NCBI RefSeq assembly: GCF_006345805.1
Contig: NC_043000.1
Coordinates: forward strand, 3,286,001-3,350,000
Length of the DNA stretch: 64,000 bases
Direction of reading: 5' to 3'
Origin: Octopus sinensis
Lineage: Eukaryota
Shown here: piece by piece, positions 12,375-24,359 of the stretch
How the letters are laid out: each line of letters starts with the position of its first letter
How positions within the stretch are numbered: the stretch's first letter is position 1
Made by a program: the position numbers and the translations under genes
The notes under the pieces: model-generated
Told to the model about the DNA's origin: nothing
Databases searched by the model: none
The model's input: the letters and a program-made list of their open reading frames with translations, nothing else

Positions 12375-12522
12375 GACAGTCTTCTTTCAATTTCTGCCTA
12401 CTAAATCCACTCACAAGGCTTTGGTTAACCTAGAGCTATAGCAGAAAATGTGTACCTAAGAGGCTGTGTAGCAGTACTGAACCCAAGACCACAGTGTTTG
12501 AAAGCAAGTTGCTTAACCACAC
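12375..12522 (-). mobile_element. SINE family A, degenerate 5' half
   Basis: Homology to the family A head. Confidence 0.6.
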
Positions 12523-12923
12523 ACACACACACACACTACAGGAGTAGAAAGGCAGATAAACACTGGTAAGCATGAGATAAATATTTACATGGAGAACAAA
12601 TTACAGATTTCAGAATAAAGAAAACAAAACTGAGGAATTATGTAAAGTCTTATTTTGACAGCTGTTTCGGAACAGCCATGATTTATATAATAAACAATTC
12701 ATATGAAATATTTTCAGGATATCATATGTGTATGTCAGACTATAAGTTCTGATGAAATTGTTAAAGTTTGGTGTCTCTCCTCAAGAGCAAGGTACACACA
12801 CACACACACACAACACACACACTCACACAGATAAATAGATAGATATGTATGTGTGTAAGTATGATTGTATATGTGTGTGCATACATGTAGGTGTATTGTG
12901 TGTATGTATATATGCATATATAA

Positions 12924-13077
12924 ATCATCATCATCATCATCATCATCATTTAGCATCCGTTTTCCATGCTAGCATGGGTTGGACGGTTCAACTGGGGTCT
13001 GTGAAGCCGGAAGGCTGCATCAGGCCCAGTCAGATCTGGCAGTGTTTCTACGGCTGGATGCCCTTCCTAACGCCAAA
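12924..13077 (-). mobile_element. RTE LINE 3'-end copy with (GAT)n tail
   Basis: Matches 18090-18246. Confidence 0.85.
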
Positions 13078-13289
13078 TATACATATATATCATCACCAGC
13101 ACCATCCTGTCTTTATCTTTGTAATTGTATGTTGAGATGAGTTGAATGGGTCTTTTCCCACACAACACCATCCACCTCATGCCATCCTTCATTATTCCTT
13201 TCATAAAGTTCAGTATCCTATGACTAATCTTCACTACTTCTTCTTTCGTCATCAGTAGGCTTCTATTTCAATCACTTAGTCCATCAATC

Positions 13290-13499
13290 CCTTTCAAAAT
13301 GTGACCTCGTGTGTACCGTTAGCGATTTTTTTCCCTCTGTCTTCCCTTCTCTGGATCTTTCCTTCTCCTATGTTTCCGACGAAGAGCTCCGCTCGAAATG
13401 TTAAACCCTCCTTCTTCCCTTCCTTCCTGTGCATCCAATAATACTATATTTGTTCCACGTCCACGCGTTGTGTTTTTTTGTGTTTTCTTGTTTGGATTA

Positions 13500-13505
<6 letters not shown>
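13290..13505 (+). mobile_element. Penelope-like terminal-repeat remnant carrying a variant hammerhead motif (13372-13406)
   Basis: GTTT-CCGACGA-A-GAGC-tcc-GCTC-GAAA-TGTT-AAAC; followed by (TA)n. Confidence 0.5.
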
Positions 13506-13530
<25 letters not shown>

Positions 13531-14474
13531 GACCAGCTAAGTGAAATTAACTTACAACCTGTCATTCATATTTATATTTTTTAAGCGTTGATTCGTAACC
13601 CTAAATCCCGTTTCTCTATTATTTATTTCGCCATCTTGTATACATGGCTTCCTGTCTGTCATGCATTTTAAATTCCTCCTTTAATTTCAGTGTCATCCCG
13701 TTATTATTCCATTCCCAGAATTCACTACAAAATATTTTCTCTCTCTCCTATTTATATTATGTTCTCCTCGATTCCCAAAGTTTCTAGATGTTCAGTAATT
13801 TCTGTTGCAGAAAATTCCCTACGTATTAACTTAAAACCTGTTGTTCCTTCATTGTTATTCCTTTCCCCAAAAATTCCCTACAAAATATTTTCTCTCTCTC
13901 TTATTTATATTACGTTCTACTCGAACCCCGAAGTTTCTAGATGTTCAGTAATTTCTGTTGCAGAAAATCCCCTACGAATTAAACCTGTTGTTCCTTAGCT
14001 CTCTCTCTCTCTCTTTCTTCCCCCTCTCTCTTTCCTCATGCTGCCACCTGATAATCCCCCCCCCCCAATCCCTAACTCTTTATAAAGCAGTGTTCGATTT
14101 ATCTCGTCCCTCTTCTCGATTCTACATCTTGCTGACAAAACACTGACTCCAAAAAATGACCAGCTAAGCGAAATTAACTTACAACCTGTCATTCATATTC
14201 ATATTTTTTAAGCGTTGATTCGTAACCCTAAATCCCGTTTCTCTATTATTTATTTCGCCATCTTGTATACATGGCTTCCTGTCTGCCATGCATTTTAAAT
14301 TCCTCCTTTAATTTCAGTGTCATCCCGTTATTATTCCATTCCCAGAATTCACTACAAAATATTCTCTCTCTCTCCTATTTATATTATGTTCTCCTCGATT
14401 CCCAAAGTTTCTAGATGTTCAGTAATTTCTGTTGCAGAAATTCCCCTACGAATTAACTTAAACCTGTTGTTCCT
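13531..14474 (+). repeat. Tandem direct repeats (about 318 bp x2, with a roughly 140-bp subunit x3) upstream of the LINE ORF
   Basis: GACCAGCTAAG...CCTGTTGTTCCTT at 13531-13849 and 14158-14474; extra subunit at about 13855-13996. Confidence 0.85.
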
Positions 14475-14627
14475 TTGAGGTGACCCCGCCCTCCCACCCC
14501 TCCACCAGAACCGGAAGTTTCTTTTTTCTACCTTTCTTGACTCCCCCCCCACCCCTATGTAGGTTTATTGTGATCATATAGCGCAAAAACTGTGAAATGT
14601 ATGCAGGTTGTAGTCTAGAGTCTCAGT

Positions 14628-17600
14628 ATGAAATCTGGCAAATGCAAGCTTTCTTTTCAGGTACATGACACTGCTGTCCCTCATCCCAGGGTCTCAGAGG
14701 CCCACACCTCCCACACCCTCAGAGTTGGCACACTCAATGTTGGCACATTGAAAGGTAGGTCTGGAGAGATTGTTGAGCTGCTTGAACGGAGGCGTGTGGA
14801 TTTATGCTGCATCCAGGAAGTAAGGTGGAGAGGAGGCTCCGCTAGGCTACTCACAGGCAAGGAACACAGGTACAAGATTTTCTGGGCAGGGAACACTGAC
14901 GGGGTCGGGGGCGTGGGTATACTTCTTGCAGAGAAATGGGTAGATAAGGTAATCGAGGTAGTCAGAGTAAGTGATAGAGTACTTAAGATTAGATTAGTGC
15001 TTCACCATAGGTCAGCTACTATCATCTCGGCATATGCCCCTCAACCAGGGCTACCGGAAGGACAAAAAGACCAATTCTATGACACCCTATTGCGGACTAC
15101 CTCGTTGACAAATGACAGTGACCTTCTCTTCGTGGCAGGTGATTTCAATGGACATGTTGGACGGCATGTCGGGGGCTTCCATGGCGTGCATGGAGGCTAC
15201 GGTTTTGGCTCTCGTAATGAGGAGGGAACCAGGCTGCTGGAGTTCTGCGATGCAAATGACCTTATGGTCTGCAATACCAACTTCAGGAAACCCACCTCTC
15301 ACCTAGTCACCTACCGTTCTGGCAGACACACTAGCCAGATTGACTACATCCTTGCCAGAAAAAGGGAAAGAGGGCTGCTTATAAATGCCAAAACCTTTCC
15401 AGGCGAAGAATGTACTCCTCAACATAGATTAGTAGTTAGCGACTTCAGGATCAGAGCTAAATGGTTGCCCAGAAGAAGACCTGCTTGGAGGAGAAGGGTC
15501 TGGAAGCTTAAAGATCCTGCAAATGGACAGAGATTTAGAGACATACTACTCGAAGCCTTTGACGAAATAGAAGGGGATATAGCTTCACTTAATGTGGAAA
15601 GCAACTGGAGATTTCTACGGGACAACCTGCTGACAGCCACTGACCAGATCTGTGGATGGAGCAAAGTACCGTCTCGACCCAGAGTAACATGGTGGTGGAA
15701 CACTGTGGTTGACAGGGCTATTAGACAAAAGAGACAGGCTTGGAAGGACTGGAAGAACGGTGGTAGCAGGGAATTGTATCAGACAACCAGAAGGGAAGCT
15801 AGGAGACAGGTTTATTTAGCCAGAGGGGAAGCGGATAAGAAAAAATTTGCCAATGTTCTGAGCCGTGAGGATGAAAGACTTGAGGTATTTCGTGTTGCAA
15901 GACAGTGTGTGAGAGAGAATCGTGATGTGGTAGGAGAGAAGTGTGTTCGCATGGATGATGGTTCACTTGCGCTGAATGAGGATGCAAAGAGAGAGGTTTG
16001 GAGATGCCACTATGAAAGGTTGCTGAATAAAGAAAATGAATGGGATAAAGAGAGTCTGCCGAATGTTGACCCAACAGAGGGACCAGCTATCCGAGTTGAT
16101 AGTTCCGTGGTAGCTAAGGCAATTAGAAGCATGAAGACAGGGAAAGCCCCAGGCCCATCAGGAATTACTGCAGAGATGCTCAAAATATCTGGCAGTGTCG
16201 GCTATAACCTAGTCACCCATATAGTCAACCAGGTGATACACGAAGGAGTCATACCCAATGACTGGTGCAGCAGCATACTAGACAACTGCTACAAAGGTAA
16301 AGGTGATGCCCTAGATACAAATAATTACAGAGGTATCAAGCTGTTGGATCAAGTAATGAAGGTTACGGAGAGGGTCATAGCCCAACTAATTAGAGAGAGA
16401 GTTAGTTTAGATGAGATGCAGTTTGGGTTCGTGCCAGGGAAAAGTACCACTGATGCTATATTCCTGGTAAGGCAGCTGCAGGAGAAATACCTAGCCAAAG
16501 ATAAGCCCCTGTACCTGGCTTTCATGACATGGAGAAAGCTTTGATAGGGTCCCCCGATCCCTATCTGGTGGTCAATGAGGAAACTAGGGATAGATGAATG
16601 GCTGGTGAGGACTGTGCAAGCCATGTACAGAGATGCCGTAAGTAAGGTTAGGGTTGGCAACATGTACACAGAAGAATTCAAAGTAGAGGTTGGGGTCCAC
16701 CAGGGTTCAGTACTCAGCCCCCTCCTATTTATCATAGTACTCCAGGCAATTACGGAGGAATTCAAGACAGGCTGTCCCTGGGAGCTCCTCTACGCTGACG
16801 ACCTTGCTCTTATTGCTGAGTCACCATCAGAACTGGAGGAGAAGTTCCAGGTGTGGAAGGAGGGTTTAGAATCGAGGGGCCTTAGAGTCAACCTAGCTAA
16901 AACCAAAGTACTAATAAGTAGGAAGGTAAACAATCCACAAATGTCTTCAGGAAGATGGCCCTGCTCGATCTGTAGAAAAGGTGTAGGTAGAAACTCTATA
17001 AGATGTACCCAGTGTAAGCTATGGACACATAAGAGGTGCAGCAATGTCAAAGGTAGGCTAACTGGGAAGATAGTTTTTGTATGTGGCAGATGCTCGGGAG
17101 CATTAACCTCCGAAAATCTGCAGAAAAAAACTTCCGTCACTTTCCAGGGGGAAAAACTAGAAGTAGTTGATAGCTTCCGTTATCTAGGTGACCAAGTCAG
17201 TAGTGGGGGTGGGTGCGCTGAAAGTGTAACTGCTAGAATAAGAATAGCCTGGGCAAAGTTTAGGGAGCTCTTACCTCTGCTGGTGACTAAAGGCCTCTCG
17301 CTCAGAGTAAAAGGCAGACTGTATGATGCGTGTGTACGAACAGCCATGCTACATGGCAGTGAAACATGGGCCGTGACTGCTGAGGACATGCGTAAGCTCG
17401 TGAGGAATGAAGCCAGTATGCTCCGATGGATGTGTAATGTCAGTGTACATACTCGACAGAGCGTTAGCACCTTGAGAGAAATGTTGTACCTAAGAAGCAT
17501 CAGTTGTGTACAAGAGAGACGATTGCGCTGGTATGGCCATGTGGCGAGAATGGATGAAGATAGGTGTGTGAGAAAGTGCCAATCCCTAGCAGTTGAGGGA

Positions 17601-17744
17601 ACCCGTGGAAGAGGTAGACCCAGGAAAACCTGGGACGAGGTGGTGAAGCACGACCTTCGAACTTTAGGCCTCACTGAGGAAATGACCAGCGACCGAGACC
17701 TTTGGAAATATTCTGTACGTGAGAAGACCAGGCAGGACAAGTGA
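14628..17744 (+). pseudogene. RTE-clade non-LTR retrotransposon ORF (APE endonuclease + RT + PHD-type finger), interrupted at 16525-16562
   Basis: APE motifs LNVGTL, IQEVRW, AGDFNGH, QIDYIL; RT motifs QFGF, HQGSVLSPLLF, YADD, FRYLG; both listed ORFs are in the same frame. Confidence 0.95.
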
Positions 17745-18246
17745 GCCCAGCCCGCTTATGAATGCCTTTCCTCCCTTGGACACAAAGACCTGTTGAGGCA
17801 AGCGAAGTCGATATAGAACCTCATCCGACGACAGACACCCATGCCAAGCCCCTCTGCTTGCGAAGACATGTTGGGGCAAGCGAAATCGAAACCGAATTGA
17901 ACCAGCCAGGATCCCTGGTCTGGTGGTACGTAAAAAGCACTATCCGACTCGTGGCTGATGCCAGCACCGCCTCGACTGGCTTCCGTGCCGGTGGCACATA
18001 AAATACACCAATCCGACCGTGGCCGTCGCCAGCCTCGCCGGCACCTGTGCAGGTGGCACGTAAAAAGCACCCACTACACTCACGGAGTGGTTGGCGTTAG
18101 GAAGGGCATCCAGCTGTAGAAACACTGCCAGATAAGACTGGAGCCTGGTGCAGCCTTCTGGCTTCCCAGAAGCCCGGTCGAACCGTCCAACCCATGCTAG
18201 CATGGAGAACGGACGGTAAACGATGATGATGATGATGATGATGATT
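14628..18246 (+). mobile_element. Near full-length RTE LINE (ORF + 3' UTR + (GAT)n tail); 5' end may extend to about 13531
   Basis: ORF followed by about 500 bp of 3' UTR ending AAACGATGATGAT; lies between (TA)n tracts. Confidence 0.9.
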
Positions 18247-18247
18247 A

Positions 18248-18255
18248 TATATAAT

Positions 18256-18345
<90 letters not shown>

Positions 18346-18423
18346 ATATATTATATATATATATATATATTACATATAATAAATAATATATATATATATA
18401 TATATATAATATATATATATATA

Positions 18424-18497
<74 letters not shown>

Positions 18498-18524
18498 AAT
18501 ATATATATATATATAATATATATA

Positions 18525-18566
<42 letters not shown>
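18248..18566. repeat. (TA)n microsatellite
   Basis: Direct reading. Confidence 0.95.
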
Positions 18567-18568
<2 letters not shown>

Positions 18569-19134
18569 CACTACCGTCAGAAATTAATTAGCACCCTTGA
18601 TTTGCTCACCATAAAGCATGGTGGGGTGGTCTGATGGTGTGAGGGGCGTTCAGCTACAGTGGTGTTGGGCGGCTCTATGCCGTCGAAGGCAACATCAACG
18701 CAGCAAAGTATGTTGAGATAGTACGGGATACCTCTTTGGTGGCGAGGAGTACGTGCTGGCCAGTCACCTGACCTGAACCCTATTGAGAACCTCTGGAGTC
18801 GATTGGGTAGGGATTTGAATGTGCAGCAATACAGGAACCGACACGAGCTGTTTGGGGCACTTCTTGCTGCATGAGGAGCCATCCCTGCACAGTACCTGCA
18901 GGCACTCATAGACAGCATGCCGACCCGCGTAGCAGCTGTCATTGCTGCCAAAGGAGGAGCAACAAGATATTGACTAAATTTCACGATTATTAACAATTAT
19001 GTGGTGTGCTGGGTTATGTTTTAATAAATATTTGATTAAAAACGAGTTCGTTTCTGATAATAAGTTAATTAAATTAAGAAAATGTAAGAAAATGTAGAAA
19101 TTTGAGAAGTGCTAATTAATTTCCGACGCAAGTG
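18569..19134 (+). mobile_element. Internally deleted Tc1 transposon
   Basis: 26-bp TIRs CACTACCGTCAGAAATTAATTAGCAC / GTGCTAATTAATTTCCGACGCAAGTG followed by TA; remnants KHGG..LMV.GAFS and QSPDLNPIENLW...KGGATRY*. Confidence 0.9.
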
Positions 19135-19148
19135 TATATATATATATA

Positions 19149-19185
<37 letters not shown>

Positions 19186-19189
<4 letters not shown>

Positions 19190-19763
19190 TTAATAGTAAG
19201 AGATGGATTTCATATTAGACTTTCAAGTGCTACTGGTAACATGTAATCCAGTACAACCTGTTGCATGATTGGGTCGTCGGTGACTAAACCGGCAACCCCA
19301 CAAAGCTTGCTTGGTGAGGAGGGTGTTTACTGGACACCCTGCGGGATGAAAAACAAAACCTGTTAAAGGGCAGAGGAACTCTTGAGAGTCAACGGCCATC
19401 CAATAAATGTCTTAAGGTTGTATCATGCGCAGGGACATAGAAATAATCGGACTGAATACCCGATCGCGCGGTTAAGCTATTTGGAGTGAAGGACTCCTAG
19501 ACTTTGTTAGGGTATCCTTCTAGGAGAAGGTAACTCAGGTAACTGGGATAACTCCGACATAAAACCTGCGGCTCAGTGGTTACCGATGATTTTGACTTGT
19601 TCTTCTTTTCGGATTATGGCTGATGTTGCTTAGTGAGTGGGATTGACTCAGTGCACAGCCTTTCCTCACTTTAAAAAAAAATCTTCTTGCACAGGCATTG
19701 CATGATAACAACATTGACTAAGCTTCGTGCAATGGCCATATTCAATAACAAGGGGAGCAGCCA

Positions 19764-19775
<12 letters not shown>
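19186..19775. repeat. Unclassified dispersed repeat
   Basis: Diverged inverted copy at about 59390-59615 (GTGCTACTGGTAACATGTAATCCAGTACAACC versus its reverse complement). Confidence 0.55.
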
Positions 19776-19809
<34 letters not shown>

Positions 19810-20276
19810 CATCATCATCATACACACACACATATACCTACGAAGTGGTGTTTGTGTATGCACGTGTTTGTTATACCTGATCTCGTTTACCTAACATATG
19901 ACAAGCATATATCTCACTACACTTCGAGCCTAAAGATGTGCTGAGCACTTTTATGCTTCCAGACTAAAACAAAACAAAACAAAAGAGACAGACAGATAAA
20001 TATAATAAAGAGACTCTACACATATGTATTAAACAGAGCTTTGTAAACATAAAGCTGAAATATAAAAAAGCCCAAAGAATAGACTGACAAGACTTCATGT
20101 CACAGTAAATTTATATTCATACTTCTCTCAAGTTAATTACAAAAATTCATTTGTTCATTTCTATAGTTTGTTGTCTGTTTCAATAGTAAGTCATCATCCA
20201 CTTAACTCAATACAAAGTCACATTTGCTTTGCTTATAGTGAACATAATAAAATATCAGATGTTAATTAGATATGTA

Positions 20277-20485
20277 TCTCTTTACTCTTTTACTTGTTTC
20301 AGTCATTTGACTGCGGCCATGCTGGAGCACCGCCTTTAGTCGAACAGATCGACCCCGGGACTTATTCTTTGTAAGCCCAGTACTTATTCTATCGGTCTCT
20401 TTTGCCGAACCGCTAAGTGACGGGGACGTAAACACACCAGCATCGGTTGTCAAGCAATGCTAGGGGGACAAACACAGACACACAT

Positions 20486-20518
<33 letters not shown>

Positions 20519-20760
20519 CATATATACGACAGGCTTCTTTCAGTTTCCGTCTACCAAATCCACTCACAAGGCATTGGTCGGCCCGGGCTATAGCAGAAGA
20601 CACTTGCTCAAGATGCCATGCAGTGGGACTGAACCCGGAACCATGTGGTTGGTTAGCAAGCTACTTACCACACAGCCACTCCTATGCCTATAGGTACTTA
20701 CCACACAGCCACTCCTATGCCTATGGGTACTTACCACACAGCCACTCCTGCGCCTATGAG
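20277..20760 (-). mobile_element. SINE family A with triplicated 33-bp head
   Basis: Units at 20662-20694, 20695-20727 and 20728-20760. Confidence 0.9.
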
Positions 20761-21179
20761 AATATATTATATGAGAATATATTATAAATTTAAAGGTATT
20801 ATTTCTATTATAAGCATTATTAAAGATACCTTGTTATTTTTCCACATTAGCAGAAGAAATTTAACTCTACCCTGTGCAGAGCTAAGTCAATGATGTCTGG
20901 TTATTGGAAAAGTAACAGATTTATCAGCTGAAGCAAATTGTTAATTTGAGAATGGAGTAAATAGGTACTTATTTTGGTCTTATTAATTATGTTGTTGCTT
21001 GGCAAGTAACGAGTTCATGGCTCAAATCTCATCAGAAAGTTTGTTGCTGATTTTTTGTATTTTAAATTGGTATTTACAAAGATATAACGCTAATGTTCTC
21101 ATTAAAAACCTTACCAGGTAATATATACAGACACACATATACACACATACATTTATATGTATGTGTGTATATATATATA

Positions 21180-21585
21180 TCACAACTACAATTTCCATTT
21201 GATATTTATTTTGAAGTACATCAACATCAAAATAAATATCAAATGGAAATTGTAGTTGTGATACCTGTGCCGGTGGTATGTAAAAAGCACCATCCAAATG
21301 TGGTTGATGCCAGCGCTGCCTTGACTGGCTTTCATGCCAGTGGCACATAAAAAGCACCAACTGATCATGGCCATTGCCAGCCTCCCCTGGCACCTGTGCT
21401 GGTGGCACGTAAAAAGCACCCACTACACTCACGGAGTGGTTGGCATTAGGAAGGGCAACCAGCTGTAGAAACACTGCCAGATCAGATTGGAGCCTGGTGC
21501 AGCCTCCTGGCTTCTGAAACCCCGGTTGAACTGTCCAACCCATGCTAGCATGGAAAACGGACGTTAAACGATAATGATGATGATA
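21180..21585 (+). mobile_element. RTE LINE 3'-end copy
   Basis: 3' UTR units plus (GAT)n tail. Confidence 0.85.
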
Positions 21586-22068
21586 TGTATGTATGTATGT
21601 ATGTGCGTGTGTATGTTATTTTTGATATTTTCATCCTCTATCTTTCCATGATCTTTGCTAAGTAGCAAATGAATGGATCAATAATTAAGAAGCTCACTTT
21701 GCAATGACGTGGTCTTAGGTTCAGTTCCAATGCACAGCACCTTGAGCAAGTGTCTTCTTCTATGGCCCTGGGCCAACCAATGGCTCATGAGTGAATTCGA
21801 TAGGTGGAAACTGTGTGCAACCGTCTTATACATGTATACATGTGTGTGTATGCGGTATGTGTGTGTGTGTATGCGGTATGTGTGTGTGTGTGTCGGTGTC
21901 TATGTCACTAACATCATCACTGATGCGGTCATAAGTTTATCCATTCAGTTCCGGAACCAAGTGATGATTTGTGTTCTTGAGCAAAACACTTAATTTCACA
22001 GCTGTTCCAAACCACCCGGTAAAAATGATTAAATGCCATCACTAACAAACAATACATTTACATATCGA

Positions 22069-22069
<1 letters not shown>

Positions 22070-22101
<32 letters not shown>

Positions 22102-22688
22102 AACTACTACTACTACTACAACTACTACTACTACTACTACAACTACTACTACTACTACTACTACTACAACTACTACTACTACTACTACTACAACTACTAC
22201 TACTACAACTACTACTACTACAACTACTACTACTACTACTACTACAACTACTACTACTACTACTAACAACTACTACTACTACTACTACAACTACTACTAC
22301 TACAACAACACTACTACTACTACTACTACTACTACAACTACTACTACTACTACAACAACTACTACAACTACTACTACAACTACTACTACTACAACTACTA
22401 CTACTACAACTACTACTACTACTACAACTACTACTACAACTACTACTACTACTACTACAACTACTACTACTACTACTACTACTACAACTACTACTACTAC
22501 TACTACTACAACTACTACTACTACTACAACTACTACTACTACTACTACTACTACTACAACTACTACTACAACTACTACTACTACAACTACTACTACTACT
22601 ACTACTACTACTACAACTACTACTACTACTACTACAACTACTACTACTACTACCACTACCACCACCAACACCACCACCACCACTACTA
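22070..22688. repeat. Compound (TAC/AAC)n microsatellite
   Basis: Direct reading. Confidence 0.95.
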
Positions 22689-22972
22689 CATTGTCGTCAT
22701 TATCATTATCATTTTAGTGTCCACTTTTCTCTGCTTACCTGGATGAACTGGAATTCACTGATGCAAATTCTCTACAGGTGGGTGTCCTTCCTGCCACCAA
22801 CCCCACTGGTTTCCAAGCAACATACTATTTCCCCACAACCAGATGTGTTTCAGTGGAAGATTAGTAATGAATGACACCACTTGTATGCCAGTGACAATAA
22901 TTTACAGCCATCATGGATTGTCATGGACAATGAAACACTAACTAACGCATGCGCGCGCACACACACACACAC

Positions 22973-23440
22973 ATCATCATCATCATCATCATATCATCGT
23001 TTAACGTCCCTTTCCATGCTAGCATGGGTTGGACGGTTCAAATGGGTCTGGGGAGCCCGAAGGCTGCACCAGGCCAGTCAATCTGCCAGTGTTTCTACCG
23101 GGATGCCCTTCCTAACGCCAACCACTCCGAGAGTGTAGTGGGTGATTTTATGTGCCACCGACACAGGTGCCAGACGAGGCTGGCGAACGGCCACGCTCGG
23201 ATGGTGTTTTTATGTGCCACTGACACAGGTGCCAGACGAGGCTGGCAGACGGCCACGCTCGGATGGTGTTTTTTTTTATGTGCCACCGACACAGGTGCCA
23301 GACAAGGCTGGCGAACGGCCACGATCGGATGGTGTTTGTTACGTGCCCACAGCACGGAGGCCAGTTGATGCGGTACTGGCTACAGCCATGTTCGGATAGT
23401 TTTCGTATGTGCCACCGGCACTGGTACCACAAAGATACAA
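22973..23440 (-). mobile_element. RTE LINE 3'-end copy with about 5 tandem 3'-UTR units
   Basis: (CAT)n + CGTTTAACGTCC, then repeated GTGCCACCGACACAGGTGCCAG units. Confidence 0.85.
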
Positions 23441-23611
23441 ATTCCATTAAATATATGTGTGTGTGAGTATGGATGTGCTCCAGTCCACTCAGCTGGCAAA
23501 AAGGAGCAATCCTGTGACAGACCAGTGTCCCATTCAGGTGGGGAATTTCTACACCATGGAAACCAGTCCTTCTAAGTTAGCATGACTCAAGAAGGTACCC
23601 TTTACTTTTTT

Positions 23612-23860
23612 GTGGAGATGTGTAGTTTAGTGGTTAGGGTATTAGACACATGATCATAAGATTGTGGTTTCGATTCCTGGACCAGGCAATGCATTGTGTT
23701 CTTGAGCAAAACACTTTATTTCATGCTGCTCCAGTCCACTCAGCTGGTAAAAAAAAATAAGTGAGCCTACGACAGACTGGTGTCCCATCCAGGTGTGGAA
23801 TATACACGCCATGAAACTGGGAAACTGTCCCTGTGAATCAGCATGACTAGGGAAGCTAAC
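23612..23860 (+). mobile_element. tRNA-derived SINE, shared core with E-like tail (degenerate)
   Basis: B box GTTTCGATTCC; core TTGAGCAAAACACTTT; GACTGGTGTCCCATCCAGG. Confidence 0.65.
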
Positions 23861-23933
23861 TTTACATTTTACCTTGCATAGATGCGAGGCATTGAGATGC
23901 CACTCCTGTCTAAAGTAGAAGCTGCAGATATCA

Positions 23934-24151
23934 CTCTCTTTACTATTTACTCTTTTACTTGTTTCAGTCATTTGACTGCAGCCATGCTGGAGCACCGCCT
24001 TTAATTGAGCAAATCGACCCCGGGACTTATTCTTTGTAAGCCCAGTACTTATTCTATCGGTCTCTTTTTGCCGAACCGCTAAGTAACGGGGACATAAACA
24101 CACCAGCATCGGTTGTCAAGCAATGCTAGGGGGACAAACACAGACACACAA

Positions 24152-24184
<33 letters not shown>

Positions 24185-24357
24185 CATATATACGACAGGC
24201 TTCTTTCAGTTTCCGCCTACCAAATCCACTCACAAGGCATTGGTCGGCTCGGGGCTATAGCAGAAGACACTTGCCCAAGATGCCACGCAGTGGGACTGAA
24301 CCCGGAACCATGTGGTTGGTTAGCAAGCTACATACCACACAGCCACTCCTGCGTCTA
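23934..24357 (-). mobile_element. SINE family A
   Basis: Full-length reverse copy. Confidence 0.9.
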
Positions 24358-24359
24358 AA

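Noticed and set aside
14475-14627. Possible HDV-like ribozyme at the RTE 5' end
   Set aside because: Could not identify the P1/P2/P3 nested pseudoknot by eye
22033-22683. Poly-Tyr and poly-Val ORFs
   Set aside because: (TAC)n microsatellite
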